Positions 1 through 14,029 of a stretch of DNA of 64,000 nucleotides are shown here, piece by piece. Position 1 is the stretch's first letter; every line of letters begins with the position of its first letter. Below the pieces are notes generated by a model. That model saw nothing but the letters and a program-made list of their open reading frames with translations. It made no database searches and was not told the DNA's origin. Source of the stretch: Eledone cirrhosa (taxonomy: Eukaryota); NCBI GenBank assembly GCA_964016885.1, contig OZ024742.1, forward strand, positions 64,914,001-64,978,000, written 5' to 3'. Position numbers and translations under genes: made by a program.

Positions 1-968
1 GAAATAGTGGACACCTTCCGTTACCTGGGTGACAAAATCAGCAGTGGGGGAGGCTGCTCTGAAAATACAGTAGCTAGAGTCAGAACGGGATGGAAAAAAT
101 TCAGAGAGCTTATACCTCTATTGGCCGCCAAAGGGTTCTCTCTAAAAATGAAAGGCAGGCTGTATGATGCCTGCATACGAACAGCAATGTTACATGGCAG
201 TGAGACCTGGGCATTGTGTGCAGAGGATATACGCAGACTGGAGAGGAACGAAGCTTGCATGCTCCACTGGATGTGTAATAGTAATATACGTGAACGCCAA
301 AGAATAAACGAACTAAGGGAGAAATTAGGAATAAGAGGGAACAGATGTTGTTTACTCGAAAGAAGACTACGTTGGTATGGTCACGTGATGCGCATGAAAG
401 ACGACAGCTGTATAAAAAAAGTGCAGGGCGATAAAAATAGCCGGTAGCCACGGAGTAGGCAGACCCAGAAAAATCTGGGATGACTTGATAAATTCCGACC
501 TCACACACTTACACCTCTCCAAGACAATGTCACTGGACCGAGATCTTTGGCGCTACACAGTAATACAGAAGACCCGCCTTGCCTAAGTACAAAGTGAAAC
601 CTACCGTCAGTAGGCACCTCTAACAAAAATACACCCCTGTCCCACTACCCCACCCCATCCACACCACCCCCTTCAATGTGAAGTTATGTTGGTACCACAA
701 CATCCAGTCCGAAACAAATGAGGTTGTGTAGGTGTCACGACAAAAAAACACACAGTCCACGCTGTAATGTGGCCGTGTAGGTAACATGGTAAAAACCTCT
801 CAGTCCACACTGTAAACATGGTTGGTGTTAGGAAGGGCATCCAGCCGTAGAAAACCCGCCAGACAGTCCTATACGAGCAGGACAACCAATCTTGCCTCAA
901 GTGGGAAAACTCCCGTCCAAACCCATGCAAGCGTAGAAGATGGACGTTAAACGATGATGATGATGATG
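1..968 (+). mobile_element. RTE-clade LINE, 3' fragment (RT C-terminus, 3' UTR, (GAT)n tail)
   Basis: ORF 7-447 has FRYLG...WKKFREL...MLHGSETW...RRLRWYGHVMR, typical of the RTE C-terminus. Ends gacgttaaacgatgatgatgatg. Closely similar to 15250-16217. Confidence 0.9.
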
Positions 969-2317
969 TCAGCGTGTGACAGTATCCGATGAGGTATCAG
1001 TAGTTACCACATTTAACTTAAAGATTCTGTTAATCTGTGGTAAGCTGGGTCTTTTAAGGATGTATGAACCAATAGCTTGGGTTTAACCAAGACTGATGTA
1101 AAATACACTAACCCAAGCTGCTAGGCAGTGTGATTGAAGCTGTTTGTGCCCTTATTGTTGTAAATCAAACTTTTTAACCACTTGGCCATGTTCGCTGTTG
1201 TTACACACACTTCAGCAGCCCTTGTATATCACCCACAGACTAGTAATATAGAACTCGGGTACAGATAATCAAATAACCAGGCTTAGTAGAGAATACTATG
1301 AGACTCTTGTCTGGAGCTGAGTATTGGAGTGCAATTCTCTAGCCCCACAGGAAGTGTGGAGTGAAACTAGGTAGACTTGTCTGTTGGACAGGGATGTAGT
1401 ACATTGAACTAAACCACACTGTGGTGCCTTCTTACAACTAGGTGGATTAGGCTGTTGATAATTAAGTATCTTGGTCATGGAAACTGTACAAGTGAGCTCT
1501 ATTACATAGTGGTGCCTTCTTACAGCTAGGTGGACTGGGCTGTTGACAGTTAAATGTCTTGGTTATATACACAGTTCAGTATTATTGATATGATATTAAC
1601 ATCTAATTAACTCGTGCATGCTCTCATGTGCTAACCATTAAACTAAATGTCACTGTTGTGGCTATGATGTTGAACTGATCAGTGTTATTAATACATACTG
1701 ATTGCTGTGCAGCCATGATCTATTTTGTGTGTTGTAGCAGAGGATGATTATGTTTTGTGTGTGTCTAGAAGAGGGGTCTGTGACTTGAATTCAAACATAA
1801 TGAACCAGAAAAAATACCATGAAGCCTTTTGTTTGATGCTCTACCAATTCTATGAATCGACTACCCTAACCTCACTTAATTTATGACAGCATTATATATT
1901 CCAACATATGAAAGTTAACTGTATTTCTATAATGTAATAGTTGAGATATGTGTTTTTTCTCTTGTGTCCAGTGTTTGTTTCTGTACACCTCTGACCTGAT
2001 CAAGGAAATTTATAGTCAAAGGAACTCCAGCCATGATCAGCTCATTTTAGAGCCATGCGAGACTGCATTTCCCAATGTCTCTTTTCTTTTTAAAGATATA
2101 TAGTGTGGGGACCCTTCCTTGGCCTTTTTTTTATGCCTATCGATTCAGGTGGTTGCCATAACAGAATTGGACAATGTGAACTGAGCACATGGCAGTTGCT
2201 CTATTTTTGCACTTATCTTTGGTGGTATATATATATCACAGCACATTGTTTTAGGTTAATGGAGCTACTGTTATTACAACTGCCTCTCTGTGTATGTGTT
2301 TTTATGTTTCTGTAGAC

Positions 2318-2648
2318 CAGCGTTTCTCAACCTTTTTACTCTTGTGGAACCCTTGAAATAGGTTCATGTCTCAGGGAACCCCTACATAAACATTTTTATA
2401 TACAATTATTAATATCTATCTCTTATATTGACCTAGTTTTAAATAATATAAGAGGTTGAAGCCTTTCTTAAAATAAACAAGGATTTTCGGACAATATGCT
2501 GTAAATGTATAGTAAAATTACGAATATAAAATTAAACAAAAATTACTTTTTAAAATACATTAGTTTATTTATCACTGGTTCTCACGTAACCCCTAGCGAC
2601 CTCTTGCGGAATCCTAGAGTTCCGGGGAAAACCGGTTGAGAAACGCTG
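2318..2648. mobile_element. hAT (Charlie-like) MITE
   Basis: 15-bp TIRs cagcgtttctcaacc / ggttgagaaacgctg. 8-bp TSD ctgtagac (2310-2317) / ctctagac (2649-2656), close to the nTCTAGAn target. Confidence 0.85.
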
Positions 2649-2764
2649 CTCTAGACTGAATTAAAGGCATATTGTTGCTAGAGTGCTGTTGAAGTCATTT
2701 TCTGGGGCGTTATAGGGGTTTCTAGATTTAGGAGAGATAGTATTGTTAGGCTTGAATTATCGTA

Positions 2765-3880
2765 ATGTTTTGTAGTGTTGTAATAGTGTCTGGACTGTGA
2801 GAGAGGCAGTGTTATAGTAGTATCCTGTAGTGTTGTAATAGTGTCTGGAGTGAGTAAGAGGTGTAGTGTTACAATAGTTTTTGTAGTGTTGTAATAGTGT
2901 CTGGATTGAGTGAGAGAGGCAGTGTTATAACAGTGTTCTATAGTGTTGTAATAGTGTCTGGATTGAGTGAGAGAGGCAGTGTTATAACAGTGTTCTATAG
3001 TGTTGTAATAGTGTCTGGATTGAGTAAGAGGTGTAGTGTTACAATAGTTTTTGTAGTGTTGTAATAGTGTCTGGATTGAGTGAGAGAGGCAGTGTTATAA
3101 CAGTGTTCTATAGTGTTGTAATAATGTCTGGATTGAGTGAGAGAGGCAGTGTTATAACAGTGTTCTATAGTGTTGTAATAGTGTCTGGATTGAGTGAGTG
3201 AGGCAGTGTTATAACAGTGTTCTATAGTGTTGTAATAGTGTCTGGATTGAGTGAGAGAGGCAGTGTTATAACAGTGTTCTATAGTGTTGTAATAGTGTCT
3301 GGATTGAGTGAGAGAGGCAGTGTTATAACAGTGTTCTATAGTGTTGTAATAGTGTCTGGATTGAGTGAGAGAGGCAGTGTTATAACAGTGTTCTATAGTG
3401 TTGTAATAGTGTCTGGATTGAGTGAGAGAGGCAGTGTTATAACAGTGTTCTATAGTGTTGTAATAGTGTCTGGATTGAGTGAGAGAGGCAGTGTTATAAC
3501 AGTGTTCTATAGTGTTGTAATAGTGCCTGGGTTGAGTGAGAGAGGCAATGTTATAACAGTGTTCTATAGTGTTGTAGTAGTGTCTGGATTGAGTGAGAGA
3601 GGCAGTGTTATAACAGTGTTCTATAGTGTTGTAGTAGTGTCTGGATTGAGTGAGAGAGGCAGTGTTATAACAGTGTTCTATAGTGTTGTAATAGTGTCTG
3701 GGTTGAGTGAGAGAGGCAGTGTTATAACAGTGTTCTATAGTGTTGTAATAGTGTCTGGGTTGAGTGAGAGAGGCAGTGTTATAACAGTGTTCTATAGTGT
3801 TGTAGTAGTGTCTGGATTGAGTGAGAGAGGCAGTGTTATAACAGTGTTCTATAGTGTTGTAATAGTGTCTGGATTGAGAG
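2765..3880. repeat. 57-bp minisatellite, about 19-20 copies
   Basis: Unit gtgttctatagtgttgtaatagtgtctggattgagtgagagaggcagtgttataaca repeated head to tail with no spacers. Confidence 0.97.
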
Positions 3881-4224
3881 AGTCAGCATGATCTGAATTC
3901 CTCCACCCACTCCTGGATGAGAGCCTAATGACAGGCGTATTCATGTGAGATGGGGTGATATTATTAAGATGGTGTTACGATAGTGTGTTGTGTCTGAATT
4001 AAGTGTGCTGGGATGGTATGAATGTTTCTGGACTTTGTGGGAGGAACATTTTTTTTGGATGCTGTTGTAGTAGAGGGTTAGTGTAGAGAAACCTCAATTT
4101 GAGATTGTTCCCATGTTCTGAAATAGTCACATATCAACATGCACTGACCTTTAACCATGCCAGACTAACTTAGGTACCAATTCCTTTGTTTGAGCTCACA
4201 TGTCGTAATTTTAATTATACTGCC

Positions 4225-6450
4225 TTTATTTAAAAAAGAATTGTCAGGGCTATCTGTTTAATGTTTTTTGTAGACGTCACTCACAAGTTGAGTTTCCTCG
4301 ATCTAATGAACTACTCTTTCCATTTCTCTCGAACTAGCATTATCACTCCAAGATCTGTTAAATTTCCTCCTGTGTCAGCATATAACATATCCAGATATGT
4401 TGTTGCAGGATGACCTCTACTTCTATGACCGTGCGCAGGCTTCCATAAAAGATCACAGCTGACTCATTCGTTTTTAGCCCTGTAACAATATCCCGTAAAA
4501 CTTATCCTTCTTAGACAAACAATATCCGACATGGGAGGATTATCCAGATATCTCCATTTGATATTCTCTGTCACTAAGATATGTTGAAAGCATGTCTCAG
4601 GAGTCTCGTGTAACATCCATTTAGTCTTTTTTCGAGGTTTTTATTAAGTGTCCATGCTTCCGACCCTAGAGTAACATATTTTCAATTGTAGCTTTGAAGA
4701 ACATATGCTTTAGTCTCCTCAAGAGAGATGTTTGCCATATTTTGTTAAATTTGTTTATGACCAACCATGTTAAGGCTTTTCTGATGTTGATTTCTTTTTC
4801 TGTTGATGAGATCCATGCTCCGAGATATTTGAAATCAGAAACTTCATTAATAGTTTCACCATTTGAAGCACTCAGCTGACCATGTGTATTAAATATCATA
4901 AATTTGGTCTTGGCCTCATTTATTTTTAACTCTACTTCTGTCGCTGCCTCTTCCAGCTGAGTGAAAAGAGTTTGAACATCTGCTATATTGTTTGATATTA
5001 GACAGATGTCATCTGCATAATTAGTGTCAGTGACAATATTCTCGGGATGAAGTTGTTTCCTAGCAGTAGTTCAGTTTAAAGTAAAACCACAATTCTCATG
5101 ACCTTAAACAGTACATTGAACAACATAATCTATCACTATAATAATGTATGGAGACAGAGTATCACCTTGAAGTACTCCATTCTTAATTTCAAAGAAATCA
5201 CTCTCACCATCATCGGACATGTCGTTTACCCTGGTATTCTTGTACATGACACCAATGGCTCAAACAATTCTGTGAAGGAACCCATAAATTTGTAGAATTT
5301 TCAGCATATTCTCTCGATTTATTGAATTGAAGGCCTTTTTAAAGTCTATAACTGTTCTTCAACTTGATGCCCTCAATAATTTGTCTAAGAGTCAAAATTT
5401 GAGAGATTGAAGAATGACCTTGTCTGAACCTGTTCAATACAGGTTCAACATGAAGTTGTATCCTATTCAGTAACATCTTGTTATACCCCTTTGCTGCAAT
5501 TGATGTGAGACTTATTTCGTGATATTTTTCTGGAAGACTAAGATTACCCTTCTTAAGAATGGGAATAATACCACTCTTTGACCATATTTTGGGTTTATTT
5601 CCATTGAAAATCATATTGCAGACATGGAGCAGCTCGTCCCTGAGTGAACCAACCTTCTACACTTCTTCCGGAATTCCATCAATTCCAGTAGCTTTGACAT
5701 TTGGCAGCTCCTTCAAACTTTCTTTGACCTTGTTTACAGTAAAGTCGCTGGTATGTATGGGCAGCTCTGTATTGTTGTCAATGTCAAGGATTAATAATTA
5801 ATTGTCATCGCCATGAGTTGCTAGAGAGAGGAGCTCCTCGAAATGCCTTCTCCAAAGACAAAGACGATATTCAATCAAATCAGCACCTAGTATGGCACGA
5901 CATTTGTTATTCCTGCCAGTCACTTCATTGCAAATATTCCACACTTTGGCACATTTCTGGTCCTCCTGTGTGGCATTAATTTTTTGCACACACTCAACAT
6001 ATTGTCTCATAGAATTATGATAAGCAATATTCAGTTCTTAAGTGACTTTTTTAAACTTAGAATAGTTGGCATCGGTTGGACTGTCTTTCTATGTCTTGTT
6101 AGTTCCCTCAATGTTTTGTCTTTTCTCAATAACAATGCTATCATCCCAAAGATTTTTCTTTCTGTATTTTTGCTTTTTAGGAATAATTTCTTCTGCTGCA
6201 AGCCTATGGGCTTCACTGATGTTTTTGCATCAACCCTCAGAGGTGTTATCATCGTCACCAGTGTTCAGTGTGTTGAGCTTAATTTTCACCTCAATTAGAT
6301 AACGTGATCTGATGTCAGCATTATGAGTTAGACTGGACAATTAAAAAATATTTGACACTTTTTCTTTTTTCTTCTTTTTATTGGCTCTAAGACTATCTGG
6401 AGACATAGCTATTATATATACAAGATATTTTGACCCAGATCATACAGTCT
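4225..6450 (-). mobile_element. Degraded non-LTR retrotransposon (RTE-like, different family from the main RTE)
   Basis: Minus-strand RT motifs GIIPILKKGNLS...ISLTSIAAK, GVLQGDTLSP (~5150-5180), YADD (~5010) and FKYLGAWI. Many stops and frameshifts. Confidence 0.85.
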
Positions 6451-6748
6451 AGTTCTTTTCTCTGCCACAGACAGACTTATGCTTGCTTCCACACTGGCCA
6501 GACAGTTACTGGTTTCATAGACCATAGCAAGACTTCACATCAGCAATTCTCTTGACTCACTGAGACACACTTCACTTACTTGCCTTGAATTCAACCAAAA
6601 AACTACTCATTCAACTGCATTCAACCACAAATGAACCAAGTAATCAAACAACCACCAAACAGACAACTACTCTCATACCCATTAAAGTAGATGTGTCTAG
6701 ATTGAGTGAGAGAGATATTTTAGATTAGGATGTAATGTAATGGTTTAA

Positions 6749-6960
6749 CCCTTTTGATACCAAACTGCCTGAAACCACCTCTGGTTCTATGATACCAAAC
6801 TGTGGTTTAAATTGTTTGTATGAATTTTTGTTATGTTCCAAATACTAGATTAATAATGAGAAAGTTAGTTATATCAGTAAATCCCTTAACATTTTTATTT
6901 TCAAAATTATTTGGAAATTATATACAATGTCTTTCATTAGAAAATATGGTAGCAAGAGAG
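6749..6960. mobile_element. piggyBac-like MITE, family A
   Basis: TTAA followed by cccttttgatacca, with a decayed opposite terminus. Related copies at ~29785 and 60112-60368. Confidence 0.6.
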
Positions 6961-7489
6961 TTATAGAGGAGTTTGTGTATAATAGAAGGAAACAACTATG
7001 TAAGTAACATCTTCCTTCTAAGGAAAGTTAAAAAAAAAAAAAAAATTAGGAAAACCAATCTGATGTATGATACTTAATAATAAGTTGTTAGGTCACCAGT
7101 AAAAGTTTCATTTTTTCTTATCTTACCTCAATCAATGTGCCAACTCCTCTCACAAACCTGGTCATACAGTATGTATATAGGACAGTTAGTTATTTAGTCT
7201 GATGATCAATATTTGCTGCATTCTGTTCTGTTCACCACTTCATTCATCTATGATCATGATATATGAACACTGTACCACCAACATTGTAACATCTGTTACC
7301 AACCATTTCACTGAAGCACGTTTACACTCTACTGATGTTTTCAATCTGGGTCATTTTTGTCAACGTAATTTTATTTTGTTGTTTTTTGTGAGGGTGGTGA
7401 TGTTTGTGGTTTTGGTATCATTGATATTGAGGGTCAGGAATGAAAAAGAGTGAAATTATATTAAGATTTAGCAATCATGTCTAATAATA

Positions 7490-7837
7490 ATAATAAGCAA
7501 GTGTAAAGAGCTGGAAATAGAGATTGGAAAAATGAGGAAGTTAAGAACTAAAACAATACCAGTGGTTGTAGGCACTCTAGGAATGATACCTAAGGGGTCT
7601 AATGATTACTTATCCCAAATCCCAGGAAACCTGCGTATAGGAGAAATACAAAAGATAGTACAAATGAGAACTGCCCATATACTAAGGAAGATTCTGTCAA
7701 TATAAGTATATCACAAGTGTAAACACCTAAAGATACATGTGCGTGTATGTTTCTTGAACATGGTGGACTTTGTTGTCTCATGAGGTCACTGATTGTGACT
7801 TGGTGATGACTTGTATGAACATAAAACAAGATAAATG

Positions 7838-7871
<34 letters not shown>

Positions 7872-7877
7872 TAATAA
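7490..7877 (+). mobile_element. R4/Dong-like LINE 3' fragment with (TAA)n tail
   Basis: Translates as KCKELEIEIGKMRKLRTKTIPVVVGTLGMIP, resembling the REL-endonuclease C-terminus, followed by a (taa)n run. Confidence 0.7.
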
Positions 7878-7879
7878 TG

Positions 7880-8282
7880 GTTTCTTTATTGGCCACAAGG
7901 GCTAACATGAAGAAAAACATTACAGATGGCACAGGACAATACAAAGTGGGTTTTGGCCTTGTAAAAAGGTTATAAAAGACAGAAATGTGTAAAATAAATT
8001 AAAATTCAAACAACAAAAATTCCCCAATAAGGGGGAAGCTTCCGAGGGTCACTCATGGCGAAAACCACACAAAAGACCATGGCCACCCTGACCACAAGGC
8101 AAGCGCCCTCTCTCAGTTTTCCCACTCCTCAGTCTACAGGAGCATACTCAGAGTGAGCCCGTTCACTCGGACCAGAGTCGCCACTTTCACCCACCTTTCA
8201 ACAAACTTACTAGAAGACAGCACTTGCCTTTCCACCCTGATTTTCCTCTTCAAGTGAAACTTGAAAAAGTTAATCAGGGATT
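7880..8282 (-). mobile_element. L1/Tx1-like LINE 3' fragment
   Basis: Minus strand reads LINFFKFHLKRKIRVERQVLSSSKFVERWVKVA*. The LINFFKFH motif is shared with the zinc-finger fragment at 20590-20933. Confidence 0.55.
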
Positions 8283-8399
8283 GGCTGATGATGATAATGA
8301 TGATGATTTGAACATTCCCTTTTCCATGCAGGCATCATACAGTCTAGCCTTCACTGCCCTCACAACCCAATTGCTTACACCTAGCTTCCTAAATGAACA

Positions 8400-8690
8400 G
8401 ATTACAGAGCATGGAGCCATGCTGAAGGCCTTCTCCAGATCTACAAAAGCCATCTACAGTGGCCTACATGTAGCTAAGTAACTCTCCTGCAGTTGTCTCA
8501 CAAGAAAGAGGGCATTGATAGTACCTACGCCTGGCGTAAAGACAAACTGCATCTCATCTAGCTTGATTCTATCTCTAATTAGTTGTATTGTTATAATACT
8601 TTCATCACCTGGTCAATCAACTTGATGCCTTTGTAGTTACCTCTCTCTAATGTGTTTCCCTTGTCCTTGTTATAGTTCACTGTACTGTGT
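8400..8690 (-). mobile_element. RTE RT fragment
   Basis: Reverse complement resembles YKGIKLIDQVMKV...EMQFVFTPGVGTINALFLVRQLQESY...AFVDLEKAF. Confidence 0.8.
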
Positions 8691-9031
8691 CATTGATCAA
8701 GACACTTTACTGTCAACAGTCCAGTCTACCTAGCTGTAAGTAGGCACCATACATTTTAATGGACCCATCAATAACTAACTTCTCATATTGTCCAAGATAC
8801 ATGTAGTTCTTACCTAGTTCTATTGGCTTTACCAGTTCAGACATTTCAATATTTTATGTACATTTTTTTTTCAAATTTTGCGATCACACACATAGCTCAA
8901 TTTTTAAACAAGATTACAATTATATGGTCAGTAAATACTTCAGTTCATTTGTATGTGTGTGTGGGTGAGTTTGTGGGTGGGTGCATGAGAGTGTGTATAT
9001 CATTTACATGATTTAATTGGTTACTTAGCTT

Positions 9032-9077
<46 letters not shown>

Positions 9078-9153
9078 TAGAGAGAGATAGATAGATAGAT
9101 ATATAGATATATATGTATATATATACATGCATATATATACATATGCACATCTT

Positions 9154-9187
<34 letters not shown>

Positions 9188-9250
9188 ATGTATATTACAC
9201 TCAGAGTGTAATGTATATATATATATAATGTATATTACACTTAGAGTGTA

Positions 9251-9304
<54 letters not shown>

Positions 9305-9397
9305 TACACTGTTTAGCTCTACGCTTCCTTCGCCACTGATGTGAACCTAAACATTGAGTGCTTACCTGGTGAACCTACAGTAACTTCACATTACACT

Positions 9398-9444
<47 letters not shown>

Positions 9445-9459
9445 TATGTGTGTATGTGT

Positions 9460-9942
9460 GTGTGTACGTGTGCATACTTACATTTATGTATCAGCTGTGC
9501 TAGGGGGAGAAATAAAATTCTAATTTAATTTTTAGTTTTCAGCATGGTCAGCCTAACTCGCTCGGTATGCAAATGAAGCTACTCAGTCAATATGTACTTA
9601 AGAAAATACTATATATTTTCAACTGCTCAACAGACTGGCAGAGGTATACAGTCTTGATGAAGGATAATGACCCAGAAAAATGGTGATTGTTCCTCAATGC
9701 CAGTGTTGAACAAACGGATGACAATTTGTCATCGGCATGGCACAGCTTTAATCGGGCTGTTTGTTTACAAATGAATCGAATATTATTATTAATGTTCGAT
9801 AAGCCCATATGTACATATGTATATGTATATATATGTGTGTGTATATATATATATATATGTGTGTGTGTATAATATGTGTGTACCTATGCATACTTACATT
9901 TATGTATCACTTGTGCTAGGGCGAGAAATAAAATTCTAATTT
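9460..9942 (+). mobile_element. Small hammerhead-bearing element (Penelope-pLTR/retrozyme-like), decayed
   Basis: ~63-bp terminal direct repeat (about 9463-9527 and 9880-9942). Internal acagtc-tTGATGA-aggataatgaccca-GAAA...gattgt at 9648-9690. Core is homologous to the reverse complement of 58031-58270. Flanked by (TA)/(TG) microsatellites. Confidence 0.55.
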
Positions 9943-10395
9943 TATATATATATATATACATGCATATATATACATATGCACATACATACAGATCATAAGA
10001 AGCTGAGTAACCAGTCAAACCTTATAAATTGCATCACATACTCCTTCCTCCTGTCCTATCATAATCCTTTATGGAAAGTACGCTAGCAGCTTCAGACTAA
10101 ATTGCAAAAGTTTTACAGGATTAAACAGCAAATAATCTAATTACATTAGTGTTAATTAGAAGATTAAATGCTTACTCATAGATTAACTAATCTAATACAA
10201 AGAGGGATATTTATAACCTGTAAATACCAGTCTATTTTGTGTCCGACAACATGATACATAACTTGCTGTGTTAATCACATGTAATTTATTGTTTAAGTAA
10301 TAACTTAAATATTATGATAATGATGGTGATGACCATGCTCATGATCTTAGAATAGACAATGAAGTCTAGAATATATATCTATATATCTGTCTATG

Positions 10396-10499
<104 letters not shown>

Positions 10500-10920
10500 G
10501 ATAAATCTACCAAAATATAAGGAATTTTTTAATATAAGGAACTGTTTCTTTGTTTTTATTCATTATTTTTATTAATTTATATATATATATATATATATTA
10601 TCTATCTATCTATCTATCTACTCTATCTGTCTGTCTATTCATCCATCCAACCATCTATCTATCCATCCATCTATCCATTCATCCATCCATCAATCAATCA
10701 CTCACTCAATCAATCATCACTATCATTTAATGTCTATATCCATGTACATATATATCCATGTACATATATATGCATGTACATATATATGCATGTATGTATG
10801 TACATATGTATGTACGTTTGTACACACATATGTATGTATCACCATCATGCTCATCACTGTTTATTGTATATTTTTGAGACCACATCTTCCATTTTTGGTT
10901 TGGTTCCCTATGGCTGGATG

Positions 10921-11088
10921 CAATGCTGGATTTACCATTGCGCTTAAGTGTGCTTAAGCACAGGGCCTCTTTGGCCAGGATGGGAGGAGCCCATCTTCCT
11001 GCCCCATCTTTTCCCTCCTTCAGGGCCCAAGTAATTGGTCTTATAATTTAACTAGCACAGGGCCTCATTTATCCTAAATCCAGCACTG
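10921..11088. mobile_element. hAT-type MITE inserted in an RTE 3' UTR relic
   Basis: TIRs caatgctggattta / taaatccagcactg. 8-bp TSD gctggatg / actggatg duplicates part of the gctggatgcc RTE-tail motif. Confidence 0.8.
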
Positions 11089-11459
11089 ACTGGATGCCTT
11101 TCTTAATGCCAACCGCTTCACAGTGTATACTGGGAGCTTTTTATTGTGGCACCAGCATGACCCTCTTTCGGGGTTAACTAGGTGCTTTTTGTTGTGACAT
11201 CCACACTACCATTTTACAGGGTGGGCTAGTTGTGATTTATCATGTCATCAGTGCTACCTCATTTCAACATTTAGGTGCTTGTTATGTCCTTGGGTTGGCT
11301 GGGGAGGCAGTGAGGCAGTGAGGCAGTGTAATAGTAAGATGAGGAAGCAAGTATCAGGCTACATTTTGCTTACTAAGGGAGAGATGTCATACCATAATGA
11401 GGGAGCCTGCAATTTGTCATGGTGGTGGTTTGAAGAAAGGGAGTTGTGCTTGGCAGTAT

Positions 11460-13490
11460 ATTGTGAAACCTGTCCGGCTTTCCATGCATACATTGGTTGG
11501 ACAGGAAAGGTGTATGAGGGATGTGGCACACTTCATCTGACCCCTCTTACGTCCAATTTCTCTCTTTGTTCATTGATGCTTCAGTGTTTATGTACATACT
11601 ACTGTTACACATCCATCAAAACATGGATGTCCCATATCTTTCCAATCTTCATACATCCTCTGCACACAAAGCCCAAGCCTCACTTCCATGAAGCATTGCT
11701 CATAAGCATCAGACAATCTGCCTTTTACTTTAAGGGAAAAACTCTTTGTACCCAGCAGTGGCAGTAGCTCTCTGAACGTCTTCCACCTGTTCTCACTCTG
11801 GTTACTGTACTTCCAGAACACCCACCTCCACAGCAAATTTGGTTGCCTAGATAACAGAAGCTATCAACTACCCCTGAACATTTGATAGAGCTTGTTTCAT
11901 TTGACCTCTTACTGATTACTGTTCCTATGCATCTGCCACAAACAACACCTATATTTTTTTCTAATCTACCTGAGATCTACCTCTCTTGTATACCCATATT
12001 TGGTACACTTTATCGAATTTCTACCAGCTTCTTTTTTGCATATTGAGCCTGACTATTTCCCTGATGTAATCAGGGCTCTGTTTTCTTTTCGACTTACTTT
12101 GACTTTAGTCTTTGCCAAGTTGACTTTAAGGCCTTTCAATTCCAAATTTTGCTTCCAGCTTTGGATTTTCTTCTCTAATTCTGCAGCAGATTCAGCTATG
12201 AGGATTAGATCATTGGCATATATGAGACCCCATAGGTAGCCAGTTTTATGGACTGGAGAACAATAATAAACAGGAGTGGACTAAGGACAGAGCCCTAGTG
12301 GGCCCCCATCTACATGCTAAATACTCCTAGTTTCCTAAGAGGCCACCAGATTATGGAATGGGGGACCTTGTCAAATGCTTTCTCCAGCATAGGGGATGAC
12401 AGAGAAGATCCTACTCTTAGCCAGATACTTCTACTGCAACTGTCTCACAATGAAGAGGGAATCTGTGGTACATTTACATTGTGGTACATTTACATTGCAC
12501 AAAGCCAAACTGCATCTTGTCTAAGGTGACTTGATTCCTTATCAGTTGTGCTATATATCATCCTCATTGTTTAATGTTTGTTTTTCCATGGTTGCATGGG
12601 TTAATTGGGTTATCCACATTATGAGGCAAGTTTGGTCGTACCTTGCTCAAACAGAACTGTATTTTGGCTGGGTTTTTTACAGCTGGATGCCCTTCCTAAC
12701 AAACCCTGTTTGGAACTGGTGGTCTCATTATGAGGAGGATCTGGCCAGTTGGCTGTGCCAAACCTTGCTCATAGTGGAACTGTATTTTGGGAGCTTGGTG
12801 GCCACATTTTGAGGAAGGTCTGGACAGTTGGCCAGGTCATACCTTGCTCATAGCAGGACCATGTTTTGATTGGCTTTTTGTGGTTGCTGGATGCCCTTCC
12901 TAACACCAACTGCATTTACAGTGTGGGATTTGAGGGGTGGGGCGTATGAGGTAAGTCTGACCAGTTTGTCATATCATGCCTTGCTCATAACAAAATCATA
13001 TTTTGGCTGGGACTTTTACAGCTGTATACCCTTTTCTAACACATTTACAGAGTGGAGCTGGGTATTACCATCATGTTTTTTTCAGCTGCTGGATGCCCTT
13101 CCTAAGCACAGGCCACACTTATGGTGTGGGCTGGACTGGGTTGTTGGCTCAGGTCTGTTGTTATACGTCATAGCCCCAGATGACTCAGTCCTGAGTCATC
13201 TCCCTTGAGAGGTCCACCTGTGCCAAGTTAACCTTTATCATCTTCATAGGTCTTCCTTTTCTGAGGCACCTGACAACTTGGAGTGCTCTGCATCTTTATA
13301 TACAGCTGTCATCCTTCATGTGCATCACATGTCCATACCATTGAAGTCTTCTCTCCATCACACTGCATCTGATCCCTCTTATACCCAGTTTCATTCACAC
13401 TTTATTTAAACTTTTCCATTCATGCACGCTTCTATTACACATTCATTGAGGCATACAGGCTGCATTTCTTTCTAACCTATGTAGATCCTC
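11460..13490 (-). mobile_element. Degraded RTE fragments (RT, C-terminus, repeated 3' UTR modules)
   Basis: WKTFRELLPLLGTKSFSLKVKGRL, a YAND-like RT motif near 12215, and RRLQWYGHVM near 13330, all on the minus strand. Confidence 0.8.
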
Positions 13491-14029
13491 ACCATGTGTG
13501 TGTGTGTAGACAGACAAATGGATACAACAATGCCATGATTGAATAAATAGATGAATATTTATTCAGAAGACTACATACAAATGTATACAAATCTATTAAG
13601 TTTCTGATATTCTCACTATAGTATGACAAAACAAAGCTGAAGGCTTAGCATGACTTTTTAAAACTTTTATAAACCACAATTCAAAGATTGCTGGATATTG
13701 GGGCAGCAAACTAGAGATACCATAGTATATGTCACATCACCCCCTCATGGTTATAATCTTTTGACTTCATTGATTAATAGGTCAAGTTCATAGTAATTTA
13801 TTGAATTAGAGTGTATTTCATGAGAAATATGGCCACGATAGATAACATATACACAAATGAAAATTTAAATTGATAGAGACGGATTAAATTTTTCATATAA
13901 AAGTTTCCAGTTACTTTCATTGTATGAAGACACATGACCAAGTGGTTATGGTATTGGGCTCAGAATTATAAAGTTGTGGGTTCAATGCCTGGACTTGTCA
14001 TTGTGTTGTGTTCACATTACCACTCATGA

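Noticed and set aside
3217-3891. 224-aa repetitive ORF or CRISPR-like array
   Set aside because: It is the 57-bp tandem unit read in a stop-free frame. There are no unique spacers, no true ATG, and the context is eukaryotic.
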